Shown here piece by piece: positions 24,359 through 36,598 of a DNA stretch of 64,000 nt (within the stretch, counting starts at the first letter, position 1; every line of letters starts with the position of its first letter). Source of the stretch: Hydrolagus colliei (Eukaryota); assembly GCA_035084275.1 (NCBI GenBank), contig CM068765.1:1612001-1676000 (forward strand), in the 5' to 3' direction. The notes under the pieces were generated by a model. The model saw only the letters and a program-made list of their open reading frames with translations. It was not told where the DNA came from and ran no database searches. Both the position numbers and the translations under genes were made by a program.

Positions 24359-24455
24359 TGGCAAAGACTGTGACATTGTCGTGATACGCTTGGTTCAAGG
24401 TATAGTTCACGATGCTCTCTTCATTTGGGAATCCTTTGAAGATGTCCACACTGAC
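24359..24455 (-). CDS. ABCA2: ABCA2 exon ([32 protein letters not shown])
   Basis: tttcag|GTC ... A|gtgagt; 97 nt, phase 0-1. Confidence 0.95.
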
Positions 24456-24755
24456 CTGAAAGGGGTGGGGAGCGGGGGAAAAAAAAAGCAAATGCACTCA
24501 CTGGAAATAAGTGATATGAATTATCACGGACATACAAACCAATTTTTAAAAAAAAAACATAAATCCATCTAGATAAAGCTTTACATCCCAAAACCTTCAC
24601 AAGCCATCTGCGTGTTGTTTTGTGAGCTTTACTTAACGTGTGGGCGAGTCCAGGCAGCTCTTATATCTTTGATCACTGATAATTATTCTGTATACTTTTT
24701 CGCTTTGATCCCCAATGACTATTCGAGTGTGTGTCTCTCTCTCTCTAGGTCTAAC

Positions 24756-24923
24756 CTTAGACATGAACTGGATCCAGCCACAGGCAGCGTTGTCGATGGT
24801 GTCCAGTTGCTTCAGCAGTGTGCTGGAGTTCGGCATGGAGAAGTTGCTGTTGATGAAATTCCTGATGATCTCACTGTCAGAGGCGTTCAACACTTCCGGA
24901 TGGTTTTTCAATTCAGAGGTGAG
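24756..24923 (-). CDS. ABCA2: ABCA2 exon (LTSELKNHPE...DTIDNAACGWIQFMSK)
   Basis: ccgcag|CTC ... AAG|gttaga; 168 nt, phase 0-0. Confidence 0.94.
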
Positions 24924-25621
24924 CTGCGGTGGGTGGGTTGGTGGGCAGGGGAGGGGGGTGGGGGGGGGTTTGGGCAAGAACAAAGAAATTGTAAGTTAAT
25001 TTGCATATTGTTACTTTGAAAATATATACATTCAACAGTTTTGTGTGTCACACCTGGAGACATCGATCAAATTCAATCCATTCTAGTTAATAAGTCAATC
25101 GCTCGACTAATGCCACAGGACGGGAGAACGTTTGATGAAATCGATTTCAGTGTACAACAACAAAAAAATGCTAATTATCGTGTTTTGCTCACTGAAAGGA
25201 TGCAATGGCTTTTCACTCACTGACCATAACAATTATTCTAATAAGAGTAAACCATCTTTACATTTGATACGGCACCTTATCATGTTGTTGGGACATCTCA
25301 AAGCGCTTCACGGGATATCCTGCAAAGTGAATTGACCTTGTGTTTTTTTTGGGGGGGACGAATAATGGCAGCCAATTGACCAATAACATGTGCATTGACA
25401 ATACAGGATACAGTAGTTACATAGATTTTTTTTGTCTAGCATTTCCTACATTCCTATGTTGCGTTCTACGAGAACGGTGTGTGGTTGTCTATTGCTCTGC
25501 TGCTTTGCTTCGGGAAAATAGTGTGACGCGGTTTGAGACGTCTCGAAGCCGTGACAAGGCGCTACATCGAACGCACGGATTATTATTATGTCGTCGCACG
25601 GTATATCACCATCCCGCCCAC

Positions 25622-25750
25622 CTGCTGCAGCCAGCGGACGCGGTTCTGTAGCTTGCCTTCCTCCAAGAACGTGCGGATCTCCGCGGAGATGTTCATCCAG
25701 ACTGTGGCGTAGTGTGTCACATTCCCGACAAAAGCGAAGGTCTCGTTCGC
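25622..25750 (-). CDS. ABCA2: ABCA2 exon ([14 protein letters not shown]...RWLQQ)
   Basis: tctcccgag|GCG ... CAG|gtgggc; 129 nt, phase 0-0. Confidence 0.93.
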
Positions 25751-25944
25751 CTCGGGAGAAAAAACAAAAGTCGAAAGCAAGGTTAGCAACTCTCCCAGGA
25801 GGAGAGAATAGGAAGGATGGTTTAATGAATATTCGCGTGACTTGTATTTGGCAACTCCTCGAGCTGAGGAACCTGAGTTTCTTGTGGTTTGCTTGTTATA
25901 TGTACTCCGTTTAACAAGATATTCAAAGCATGGCTCATTAAATG

Positions 25945-26290
25945 GATCTCCTGTAGCTCAGTGGTTAGAGCACTCGCCTTACGAGCGAGAGACCTGTGTT
26001 CGAATCCAGGCAGATCAGGGAGAAACCTTGGGCAAGTTTCCTTACTCCACACACACACGCCTAATAATAATCCGTCCATAAAAAAACACAATAATAAAAA
26101 CTGGTCATTTCAATCCACGACAGTTTGTGGGGGACGCTGCCGTGCGCAATTGGCTGTCGCGTTTCACCCACAAATGTATACAGTCAATTCACTTCACAGT
26201 ACATTCTGTGAAGCGCTTTGAGACATCGATAAGATGTGAACAGCGCTATTTTGAAATGCAAGGATTTTTATTATTTTATTACGATTATTA
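25945..26290 (+). mobile_element. tRNA-derived SINE, full length
   Basis: Same family, intact A and B boxes. Confidence 0.9.
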
Positions 26291-27084
26291 TTACAAAAGG
26301 ATCAGGGGAAGAGAGGCTGTGATTGCACTCTGTTACGGTGTGGTGAGAAGACGGGTCTGTTAATCACACCCAGTCAGCATCTGTGAGGAGCTCAGCGGAG
26401 AAAATGCACCCGCTTGAAGTGGCATTAAAACAGTGAGCTTGTGATCTAGAACTGGCTGCATATGTCACTGAGTGTTTGAGGGAGATGATGAATTCCGAGC
26501 CGCAGGTAGTTGCATTACGCCGAGGGACTCGGCTGGTGTGCAAGAGTGGCGTTGCCTTGGCGACTGGTATCCACGGCAATGTGCTAACAGCCGGTTTCGC
26601 GCAAAATTAAGAGACTGCAGCAGGATTTTAGGGTTAACAACGGGACGACGGCATTAAAAAAAAAGCACGCAAGCCCGGAAAAAACATTCACGCTCATTAT
26701 CGATAGCGTTAACCGGTTTCCGATTCCACCCGTTTCTCATTCAGTTAACGGGGTGGAGGTCATCGGTCTATTTGATTTGGATCGATTCGGACAGAGGAAA
26801 GAACACGAGCGAGCTCAATGGCAGACCGAGCCTTTAAAACGAACGCTCAAATTCCTCCTCAAATTCACACAAACCATTCAAACCATAGATGTATTGATGA
26901 AGCGTACAGGTAGATGCATTCAGTGCAAGCAAGTACTGCGTGGAGTCCACACGTGTCTCGCACCCTACACTGGGAACATCATTTTACAACTGAAGTACGA
27001 GATTCTCACGTGAATGTTATTGTCAATGTCATCTTGACCCAGGAGCCACACACTGCTCAGTTTAACATCACTGAAACACCCCAG

Positions 27085-27350
27085 TTTTCTAGACGTCTCA
27101 AAGCGCTTCACAGAATATACTGTAAAGTGAGTTGACTGCATATATGTTGGTGAAATGTATCAGCCAATTACGCACAGCAGCATCCCCACAAACAGTCGAA
27201 GATTGAAATGACCAATTTATCATTGTTTTGTCTAGGGATTATTATCAGGCGTGTGGTAAGGAAACTTGCCCAAGGTTTTGCCCTGCCTGGAATTGCCCTG
27301 CCAGGTCTCTCGCTTGTAAGGTGAGTGTTCTAAACACTGAGTTAAAGAAC
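27085..27350 (-). mobile_element. SINE, near full length
   Basis: Same family, antisense. Confidence 0.82.
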
Positions 27351-28004
27351 TCCGCAGCAACTGTGCTGATATTCCACATCTCTATGTTTTTATTTCAATC
27401 AATGCCATTAAATCGAAAGCTCTGAACTTCAGTCATTCAAACGTCAATTTGGATTCACGGGGTGTTACTTTTTGCTAGACAGCGAATCTACTGAATTGGA
27501 GTGTGAAGTGCACATTATTCCCCGTATTTTGATTAATCTACCTTGCTGTACGGTAACAACAAGTTACGCTTGTATAGCGCCCTTCACGACAGGAAAATGT
27601 CCCAGGGCTCTGGGAAAGTCTACACATTCAACAGAATTTTAACAAAGTTTGGTAACTTTACCCACAGCCGAGAAAGATTTGAACCCCCGCCGCCCCACAC
27701 CACACAGAAATGGATTCAAGATGGCAAAACTGTTATTCAGAGCCTCTGAAATTCCATGGACAACACACCCTTGGGATAGCTTACAATGGAACATAACAAT
27801 TAGCTAGTCAGCTTCATGTTTATGTTCAGATGTTGTTGTGTTTCGCAGGCAGGTTTAGACTCCTTCAAAGAGAGACACTCTGGGGTCCCCGAGCCCTGCC
27901 CCTTGCCAACCTTGAGACGTCGATAAGACATGGAAAGCGATATATAAATGTAAGGATTATGATTATTATAACCAGCGCCAAATATTCTTCGGAAATGGGT
28001 TAGC

Positions 28005-28240
28005 GGGATGTGTGTCCCTCTGAGGAGAGAGTGCGCATTCCATTCCAACAGTGCATAGGGAGCAGAAGCCTTAATAAATTGTTCATTTCAATCCATAACA
28101 ATCCAATAACAGTTTGTGGGGCAGCAATCGGCTGCCGCGTTTCACCCACAAGTATATATAAGTTTATTCTGTGAAGCGCTTTGAGACGTCCAGAAGACGT
28201 GAAAAGCTCTATATCAAATGCAAGGATTATTATTATTATC
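28005..28240 (+). mobile_element. SINE variant with alternative 5' segment
   Basis: Family 3' half preceded by gagagtgcgcattcccattccaaca, shared with the copy at 47510-47590. Confidence 0.7.
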
Positions 28241-30475
28241 AGCCACACATGAGCATGTAGAAACTGCCAAAGCTGGATTACTTATTGACCTGCTGAGATG
28301 TCTTAGGGTTAGAGAAGAAACTGATTAGAAGATATTGGTGGAAGCTGGAGCTATGACCAATACTGTAGGTAATGAAAAGAATTAACCCATTCAGGAGGCT
28401 AACACCAAACAGAGGCTGATCAAAAATCCATTGAGCACTATTCTTATTGACTGCGCTGGGAAGCAGATGTTTGGTTTAACTTGGTTTTATTGATGCTTTG
28501 AGCAAAGACATGCTTGACTGCTTCCTAGTGCAATCAGGGTAGGGTGCTATGATATGAGGTGGTGGGGTGGGAAGCAGTTCTCGTTACTATTGGGACCATA
28601 CCTCAGGAAAAAGAAGAGTCATCAAAGCAATGAAAGCAAAATCCAATTGCCAAAATACCTGAGCGTACACTCACCCACCCACTCACACACATACACTAAC
28701 ACAAATACATACACTTACACTAATACACACACACACACACAGATAACATACATTTTTTACTGTTTGTTTCACTGAACCGCGGCAACGAAAGCATCACCCT
28801 GTGAGTGACGGGGAAAGCACGGACAGAGAGAGAATTCAGAGCAAGAGAAGTAGGGCGAGCTTCTCAATGCAATGTTTGAGACTTGTTAATCCACAGAACG
28901 GCAGCGCCCGTAAATCAAGAGACGTTGGGTGTGCAGTGGCGATCGCGTGCTGTGGCTCGCGAGGCTTGGCTTGGCTGTACGTGAGGAATTGGATATATTT
29001 CATCTGGTTCTGACGCTTCATGAATATTGCAGCAGCCTCAAAATCAACTTCACCAACAGTGGACAAAGTACCAAACAGGATAAATCATGTTGAGTGCTCG
29101 CTCGACCGGATCTTCTCCGCAAGCGCTGACTGCGTCATGCGCGGATGGATTCACCACCCCCACCCCACCCCACCCCCACCCCACCCCACCCTCCATCCCT
29201 TTAATTGACCTTAAGTCAATATTAGCAATTTGCTGCGTTTACAAAAAACTGCTGTGATAATTATGCAGAGTTTAACCAGCCTTTTTGCCTGTTCCCCACA
29301 CCACCCCCCCACCACCACCACCACCCCCCCCCCACCCACCACCACCCCCCACCCACCCATCTTGGTATTTAATTGTTCTAACCAGGTTGTGAAGCTGCAG
29401 ACATTCCACTCCTATCCCACACTCTTTGAAGGCTACAGGGTCATCCCCGGGGAGGTGAGCATTGTAAACACGCTCGCAAAGAGTAACTGTGCCTTTGTAC
29501 ATAAAATCTATTTTATTCTCCGAACCACGGAGAATTTAAAGAGCCTGTCAGGAGTTTTTATTGCGGCAATTAAGAAAGAGGCATCCTGTCAGAATCCTGA
29601 GACCCAGAGTCAGTGCACAGGGCGAAGCAACACAGACCATTCCACCTCCCCCTCCCCTCCACCACCACCACCAGTGTTAAGAGGAATGTGCAATAAGCAA
29701 TGAATAGACAACCTGACAGGACCTGAAAGGAATGGGCTGGAGTTAGCAAACCCAGAAAAATACTCTCAGATGCATTCACATTCAGACAGCAGAACAGACA
29801 CCAGTATTTGTTAACTCGGGAGGGCAATCATCACCTCAAATGGGTGACCAGCAACTGTGACTGAGGCAAAGGACATTGGATTTATTGGAGAAAAAGCTTG
29901 ATGCCGCGATGGGGGAGGATGGCAAAATTTATACTTTGGAGGGAATGAGATCTGACAGTCTAACGGGCCTGCTTCATCGGAACCTGTTTTACAGATGAGA
30001 TTCCCAAACTACTGTATCAGGATTGAAAGTAACAACAACAAAATTACACTAGTATAAGGAGACTTTAACTCATCGGAAGGACGTCCCAAGGAGCTGGAGA
30101 ATCTAGCTGTGGGGGGGGGGGGGTTCGGGAGGGTGGAGGGCAGGGTAGGGGAAGGAGGGTAACCAAAGACAATCAGGTAAGCACGGAAGGTAATATGGTA
30201 ACCATAGCATGATACGTTAAATCTCTGCCCTAACCACCACATGAAAGATTTGCGATTTGCTGGAATATTTGGTGCCGGACTGTAGCTGAACTGAACCGGT
30301 CTTCTCCAAGGAACGCTGAGTAAACTCGGTTGACAGGATGGAGGAAAGAATGCGCTTCGCACAACAGCCAGCCTCGATTTCTTCGGAAAGAGATTTGGGA
30401 ATCAAATCCCCATCACTGAACGGATTCAACGAGTTGTGTTGCGAGACAGCAACAGCACTGCTCCCGGGTTCTTAC

Positions 30476-30635
30476 CTTCTGTATGACCTTGTCCACTTCC
30501 GTGCCCACAGGCGAGTATAGGATTTTGGGATTGCTGGTCATGAGGTGCACGAGCAGGCCCAGGTTACGTTGTTCTTTGCTGGTGAAGCCCAGGGAACTCA
30601 TGTTTCCCTGCTTCAGTGCCTCGGGTTCAATAGTT
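30476..30635 (-). CDS. ABCA2: ABCA2 exon ([17 protein letters not shown]...VDKVIQK)
   Basis: tctag|A ... AAG|gtaaga; 160 nt, phase 2-0. Confidence 0.95.
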
Positions 30636-30928
30636 CTAGACCAAACAAAAGACAATTGAATCAGTACAGAAGAGGACCAACTGACTTCAAGGGAGAGACA
30701 GAGAGAGAGAGAGGCAGAGAGAAGCATGCCACAAAATACAAGCGCAATTTCATTACAGAAGGAAAATGCATTTTTGCGTTTCCGTTTCCTCAATGACCTT
30801 TCGAAACTGTGACAGGTTATCATTCAATTATGGGACCTTTCACTGAGAGTGTGTGTGTGTGTGTGTGTAAAACAGACACACACACAAAAAAAAACGGTTT
30901 CAACAGGATTAGACGCTCCGAATATCAC

Positions 30929-31248
30929 CTGATGTTGCCGCACAAGATTGGCTGAAGTCCAGCCCAGAGCTGAACGAAAGCAGAAAACTGGCTGTGAGGA
31001 TTCTCCTTCGGCTTTTGCTCCTCGTCGTCCTCGGACGTGGCATTGGGGGCGGTGAAGTTGCTGCTCCAGTTGGTGTGGTTTGTGGCCGTGGCTGGGTTCT
31101 TGCCGGCGCAGGCCCCCTTCGGGAGCAACATCGCAAGTCCCGATAAGGCGTCCACATCCTTGAGGATTTTTTCCACTTCAATCAGGTCCTCAACCAACGC
31201 TCTGAGGTGCTGCTGAACGGCTGTGCTGTTCACCTCGTCCAATTTCAA
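30929..31248 (-). CDS. ABCA2: ABCA2 exon, ECD1 (LKLDEVNST...QLWAGLQPILCGNIR)
   Basis: tgcag|TTG ... AG|gtgata; 320 nt, phase 0-2. Confidence 0.94.
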
Positions 31249-31909
31249 CTGCACACACAAAACAAAATCAATGATAATATCAGGCTCTCAAGCTAGAGCG
31301 GTTTTTTTGTGAATGAATACGACAGTAGCAGAGAACTTTGGTGGGACAACTGTTGAGTGCGCTCTATAATCGACTGTTCATCCAGCTCGCTTTGCGCTAC
31401 GGATTTCATTCTCCTTGGAAGGAAACAGTGGCTACACTCAAAACCCTTAGTCATGTATCCCACAAAGCAACCAAAGGAGCAAAGCAAACACAAATTGGGA
31501 AGAGAAAACCTCAGAGCTGCTCCGGAGACTTGTTTGCAGATGCAGCACAAAGTTAAATGTTTAACATTTAACTCAAACCAACTGACTCCAATTGGATGAT
31601 GAACCCCAGCACCCCCCTCCCCAATTAAACTACTGTGTTGATGACATAAATGGCACAGTTTGGCTCCCAGAAATTGGAGCTGGTTTGAGCGATGTGTGTG
31701 TGGTGCAATGTACACTTCACCGAAACACACCAAAACAAAACCCAAAGAAGGATCTGGTGGGTTCTCGTTGACAGCTCTTTGGAACTATGAGCACAGTGTA
31801 GAGCTGGGGCAAAAAGCCTTCAGGCCAGAAGGCTGTTGTATATAAACTAGAGAATGTATAATGGAGCCGTGGTAATGTAGAAATACAGCTCCACTCGAAA
31901 TTGCTTACA

Positions 31910-32080
31910 ACAGTCATTTTCAACCCACGACTGTTTGTGGGGGACACTGCTGTGCGCAATTGGCTGCCGCGTTTCGCCCACAAATATACAATCAATTCAC
32001 TTTACAATATATTCTGTGAAGTGCTTTGAGACATTGATAAGATGTGAAAAGCGCTATATCAAATGCAAGATTATTATTAC
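31910..32080 (+). mobile_element. SINE 3' half
   Basis: Same family. Confidence 0.82.
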
Positions 32081-32189
32081 TATCCTGTGAGCTGGGTCAT
32101 AGTCACAAAGCCTCCTTAAGGAGTTGGGAAAGAAAATGTAGAGTTTCGATATAGTTACATAGGGTTGTTTAAATATTTTAGGGGCTCAC

Positions 32190-32408
32190 CTTATCGACCA
32201 CTTTCTGTACATCTAACTGGTCTTGCAACTCATCAGCAAGCTCCTGAAAATGTTCTTTCTGCACCTTTGCGGACATGTTGCAAAGAGCTGAGCGGAAACT
32301 ACTCAAGTTTGCCTTCTGAGGCTCGGGGATCGACAGGATCTTTTGCAAGTTATCCTCCTCGTTCTTGCACGTCAGGTATTCCAACACATTGGGTCTGAAC
32401 AGAATATT
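32190..32408 (-). CDS. ABCA2: ABCA2 exon, ECD1 (NILFRPNVLEYLTC...DQLDVQKVVDK)
   Basis: tttcag|AAT ... AAG|gtgagc; 219 nt, phase 0-0. Confidence 0.92.
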
Positions 32409-33445
32409 CTGAAATTGAATACAATATTTGCATACCATCAGTTCGAGAGAAATACAAATTGACTCGTGGCTCGAGTTGAAGTATGGGAGTCACGAAAGAG
32501 TTTATGAAACAACTTGCAGAACATAAAATTTTACATTAAACCCTGTGAAGCAGTTTGAGAGATCCTCACAACAACTGAATGCGTGACTGAAATTCAGGCA
32601 AAGATCAGTTTATTAATAAAGATTGCTCGGGAGCTGACTGAAACACTCGGGTCCTATCCCTCCATTCACTCGTCAGTTCTCTGTCTTCACCTTTGTTGCA
32701 CAATCTGACAGAGACTGTACCACGTTCTATTATTAGATAAAGGAAGCTGCAAATTGTTATGCAAGGCAAAGGATTTATATAGGTTAATTCTGTCCAGGGG
32801 GCATTCAGTCCAACCATTATGGTAGGTGAGCGTGCAAATCAAAGATAATGAAAGCTAACTTTAGTGCAAAGGCCGATGGAAAGATAGGTGTTTTTCTGAT
32901 AGTTTTAGGTCCCGATCTATATAGGTCAAAGCTAACCAACTGCCATAGATTTATTATGCAAAACGCAAGAACAGGGCATCTTTTGGGACTGAAATCTAGA
33001 CAGAATTCTCTCCTAACGCGAGCATTTGCTCCTGGTTCTGGGTGGAAAGCGAACAATTTATCCGTCACTGGATTGTCCCTCAGGGATTCCACAGTCCAAT
33101 AACGAAGAGAGTCTCAGGACTTCAAATGCCCTTGATCAACATTTCACCGTGACTCCAAAAAAAACACATCTGTCACCAAGCAATCAGAATCGCTGATGGA
33201 TGACAGGTGACAAAGTGAGGTGACGGGCAGATCTGGAGAGGCTGGAGGGATGCGCTTGTGAGCTGTTAATAAACACACATAACCTAGTAAGAACCATAAA
33301 GCCTACCGATGCTTCACACTTAATGATTTTCTTTCTCACACATGGATATATCCTTGGTTCATAAGGATTTATTTCCCCAATACACCAATCCTAAAGCCAA
33401 CATCGTCTCCAACAGGCTTGTTATACAGTTCCCATAGATCATTTT

Positions 33446-33680
33446 CTTGGGTAGGTTTCATTACTCTACACGCCTGATAATAATCCCTCAACAAAAAATA
33501 AATGGTAATTCGGTCACCCGATCCACGATTGTTTGTAGCGCACTGGGCGAAAGGCTGCTGCCTTTCTTTCACCCACAAATATACAGTCAATATTGTGAAG
33601 TGCTTTGGGAGACGTCTGGAAGACATGAAAAAGCACTATATCAAAGGCAAGCAATATTATTATTATTAGTACTATTATTC
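33446..33680 (+). mobile_element. SINE, 5'-truncated, diverged
   Basis: Same family. Confidence 0.78.
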
Positions 33681-33759
33681 GTATTGTAGTATCATTAGCA
33701 TTCAATTCCTATCTCAAACTCCAGAGAGGAACCCTTTGGTCATCCCTCCATTGCTTTAC

Positions 33760-33942
33760 CTCCATCTCTTGAACAAAGGCCTGCGGGTCATAGCTGTCTG
33801 TGTTTTTGCTGGGGGCTGCAAGGCCAAGTGACTGGGACACCAGATGGAGGAGGGTCTGTCTGTGAGTCACGTGCCCTGGGTCACTCAAGGCTTGGTGAAT
33901 CAGTCCGGCTTCCAGCTTCCTCCAGCCACCCAGCAGATGTTC
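33760..33942 (-). CDS. ABCA2: ABCA2 extra ECD1 exon (EHLLGGWRKLEAGLIHQALSDP...PQAFVQEME)
   Basis: ttttttattgcag|GAA ... GAG|gtaaag; 183 nt, phase 0-0, open, non-repetitive. Confidence 0.8.
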
Positions 33943-34044
33943 CTGCAATAAAAAAAGAGGTTTTGTCACGGCTGATTTTGTATGGTGAATTAAGGTCCTT
34001 TTCTTCCCTGGTCTGAAAGGGGAGGAGGCGTGTCACTTCACTGA

Positions 34045-34329
34045 ATAATAATAATGTAAAATAATCCTTGAATTTGATATAGTGCTTTGAGACATCTAGA
34101 AGACGTGAACTGACTGTATATTTGTGGGCAAAACGCGGCAGCCAATTGCGCACAGTCGTGGATTCAAATGACCAATTTTATTCTTGTGGGGTTTTTTTGA
34201 GGGATTATTATTAGGTGTGTGCGTGGAGTAAGGAGACTTGCCCAATGTTTCGCCCTGACCTGCCTGGATTTGAACACAGGTCTCGCACTTGTAAGGCGAG
34301 TGCTCTAACCACTGAGCTACAGGAACTCC
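34045..34329 (-). mobile_element. SINE, near full length
   Basis: Same family, antisense. Confidence 0.86.
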
Positions 34330-36493
34330 ACAATGGATACAAAGGAGGGTCAAAACGGGGATATGAACCCTCTCTATCAGACACTGAGGACATTGGGATG
34401 TCCTCCCGACGTAAAAGGCGCTCTATAAATGTAATTTCGTTGTTGTGATCGACCAACTGCGCGACTGTAGTTTTTCTGGCCTAATGTTTCAGATTTCTCC
34501 ATTAAACGTTGACCACCCGATGAAGTGCAAACGAGATAAAACCGTAAAAAGTGTAAGTGTCAAAACGTTTACTCGACATCCACACACTCTCCCATCTCAA
34601 AGGATGTTTCTTTGTGCTAATTCATGGCTCTTTCGAGAGTGAGAGAAAGGGAGAGAGAATCTCTCTGTGGGTTGTTCTCACTCCAAATCTAGCCAACAAA
34701 TGCTTGAATCTGTAAATAACACTCATTCGCTCATATTTTAATCGTGATTTGTGCCAAATTGCTATTTCTGATAAATAAATATTCTCCAAGAAGCGTGTTT
34801 TTTGGGGGCACTCGTCATAATTCAGTGCTTTGTCCTGGAGGAGGCTGGATTTGAACGCATTGATTAACTTTCTTGCCCAATATTCAAAGGGTAACAACTT
34901 TCTTATTTCACACGACAGTAACTATTCTGAATCATATCTCCCCCATCTATCCCACTCCTCTACCCACCCCACCCCCTTCATCTCAAGCAAAACTAACATT
35001 GTGCATATCTAGCTCTGGAGGAGGGATCGCAGATACTGTGCTCAGTTTAGCTTTTTTTCCATCGGTCTCCCTACAATTTAATTGGAAACGGGACACTTGA
35101 AAGGTGGCAAGAACAAGCAAATGAATCACAGCCGCGGAGAGAGAACGGTTCCTATTGTAAATCATTTGCTGCTGTTTTGCCTGCCGTGCTAGAGGTAGCA
35201 CAGGCTCGCGTCTTTGTTCAACTCCATTATAAGGAGTGACCCCAATTATACAGAATCAATACGGCTGCTGTTCCTCTGTCAGCCGGCCCCGATCTGTGCA
35301 ACGTAATAAGAAAGCAATTCGAATAAAAAGGGAGATAAAAAATAAAGAAGCAATAGCACAGACAAATGCCCAAATACTCTGTTCTTCACTACCCCCCCCC
35401 CCCCACCCCCTTCACCTCTGTATCCCCCACCCCAGCGCGCACGCACACACACACACACACACACACACAGTTGTCCTATTCTATCAGTTGCAAAAAATAA
35501 ATCCATTTCACACAAGGCAAGTAAAGGACATCTGTCACTCTGGAACAGCAAAGTACATTTTTTAATCCCATTTAGAGGAGGAAGAATGGGTGATACGGCA
35601 AAGAGACTCGTTCTGGTTGGAGTTCTAGTCAAGAGAATGTGACATCCTAGCGAAACGACCAAAATCTTGTATTCCAAACTCGCGGATTATCAGGAAATGG
35701 AATGGGAACGGGGACGAGAAACAGAGGAATTTCAAAACCACAACAAGTGGATTCATTCATCGGGGGGAGTGGCGGAGTGGAGAATAATGATTGCGGTAGT
35801 CTGATAACAAAATCCATAGTCTGAAAATGTAATTGCGCTCATCGGGCTCTGATAAATAATCTAGTACTCAGATACCAATGGGGAAAAGTAAACGCCGATT
35901 TTAAAAAATATAACAGATAATCGATCTGACAGTGGTTGCCTGCACAGACACCAATAATACTAGCGTACCTGTCTTCTTCCCCCCCCCTCTCCACGCAATA
36001 CAATCAAATTTTTAAAAAGGGATAGCCATCACAACCGAATGATGAATTTCAGTCACATTTCCCCCCACCCCTCTCTCTTCATTCATGAAGCAAATGTTTT
36101 TATGGCTCAGTCATTGATACTCTTGCCTCCGAGTCACGAGGTTGCAGGTTGAAGCTCAACGATGGGACGTTGAACGCACATTGTCTATGCTGTCACTGGA
36201 CAATGGCTGGACAATGGGAGTCGCTGACCCAATGTACCGTCTGCCGTACAGAGCTCATGCCTTCAATCATCAGGCGAGTTGGGTTGAAGAGCGCACGGTC
36301 AAGGAGATGGCTTTCAAACATCAATTCTCAAAACAGCCCAGCACTTCTTTGGAGTTAAACGGAGGAAATGGATTCTCCTTTCTTGACCACCACCTCCTCC
36401 CCACCCACTCCCACCCACCCTCTCCCACCTCCCCCCCACACCACAGCTGTGGCTCTATGGAATAAACGCAGCCGCACAGTAAACCCTACTTAC

Positions 36494-36598
36494 TTCCAAC
36501 CGAAGAAGTTTCTCTCCGGTACTGTAGTCATCCCAGCTATCGCTGTACAATCTATTGTCTACGGTGGAGGGATACGAACCAAAGCAAAGTCTGAACAC
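36494..36598 (-). CDS. ABCA2: ABCA2 exon, ECD1 (VFRLCFGSYPSTVDNRLYSDSWDDYSTGEKLLRLE)
   Basis: ttcctctag|GTG ... GAA|gtaagt; 105 nt, phase 0-0; positional match to recalled human VYHLLFG...LFRME; absent from the ORF track. Confidence 0.85.

Noticed and set aside
33369-33446. Peptide ENDLWELYNKPVGDDVGFR as an additional exon
   Set aside because: It has no credible acceptor (it abuts a SINE) and is not needed for frame continuity.
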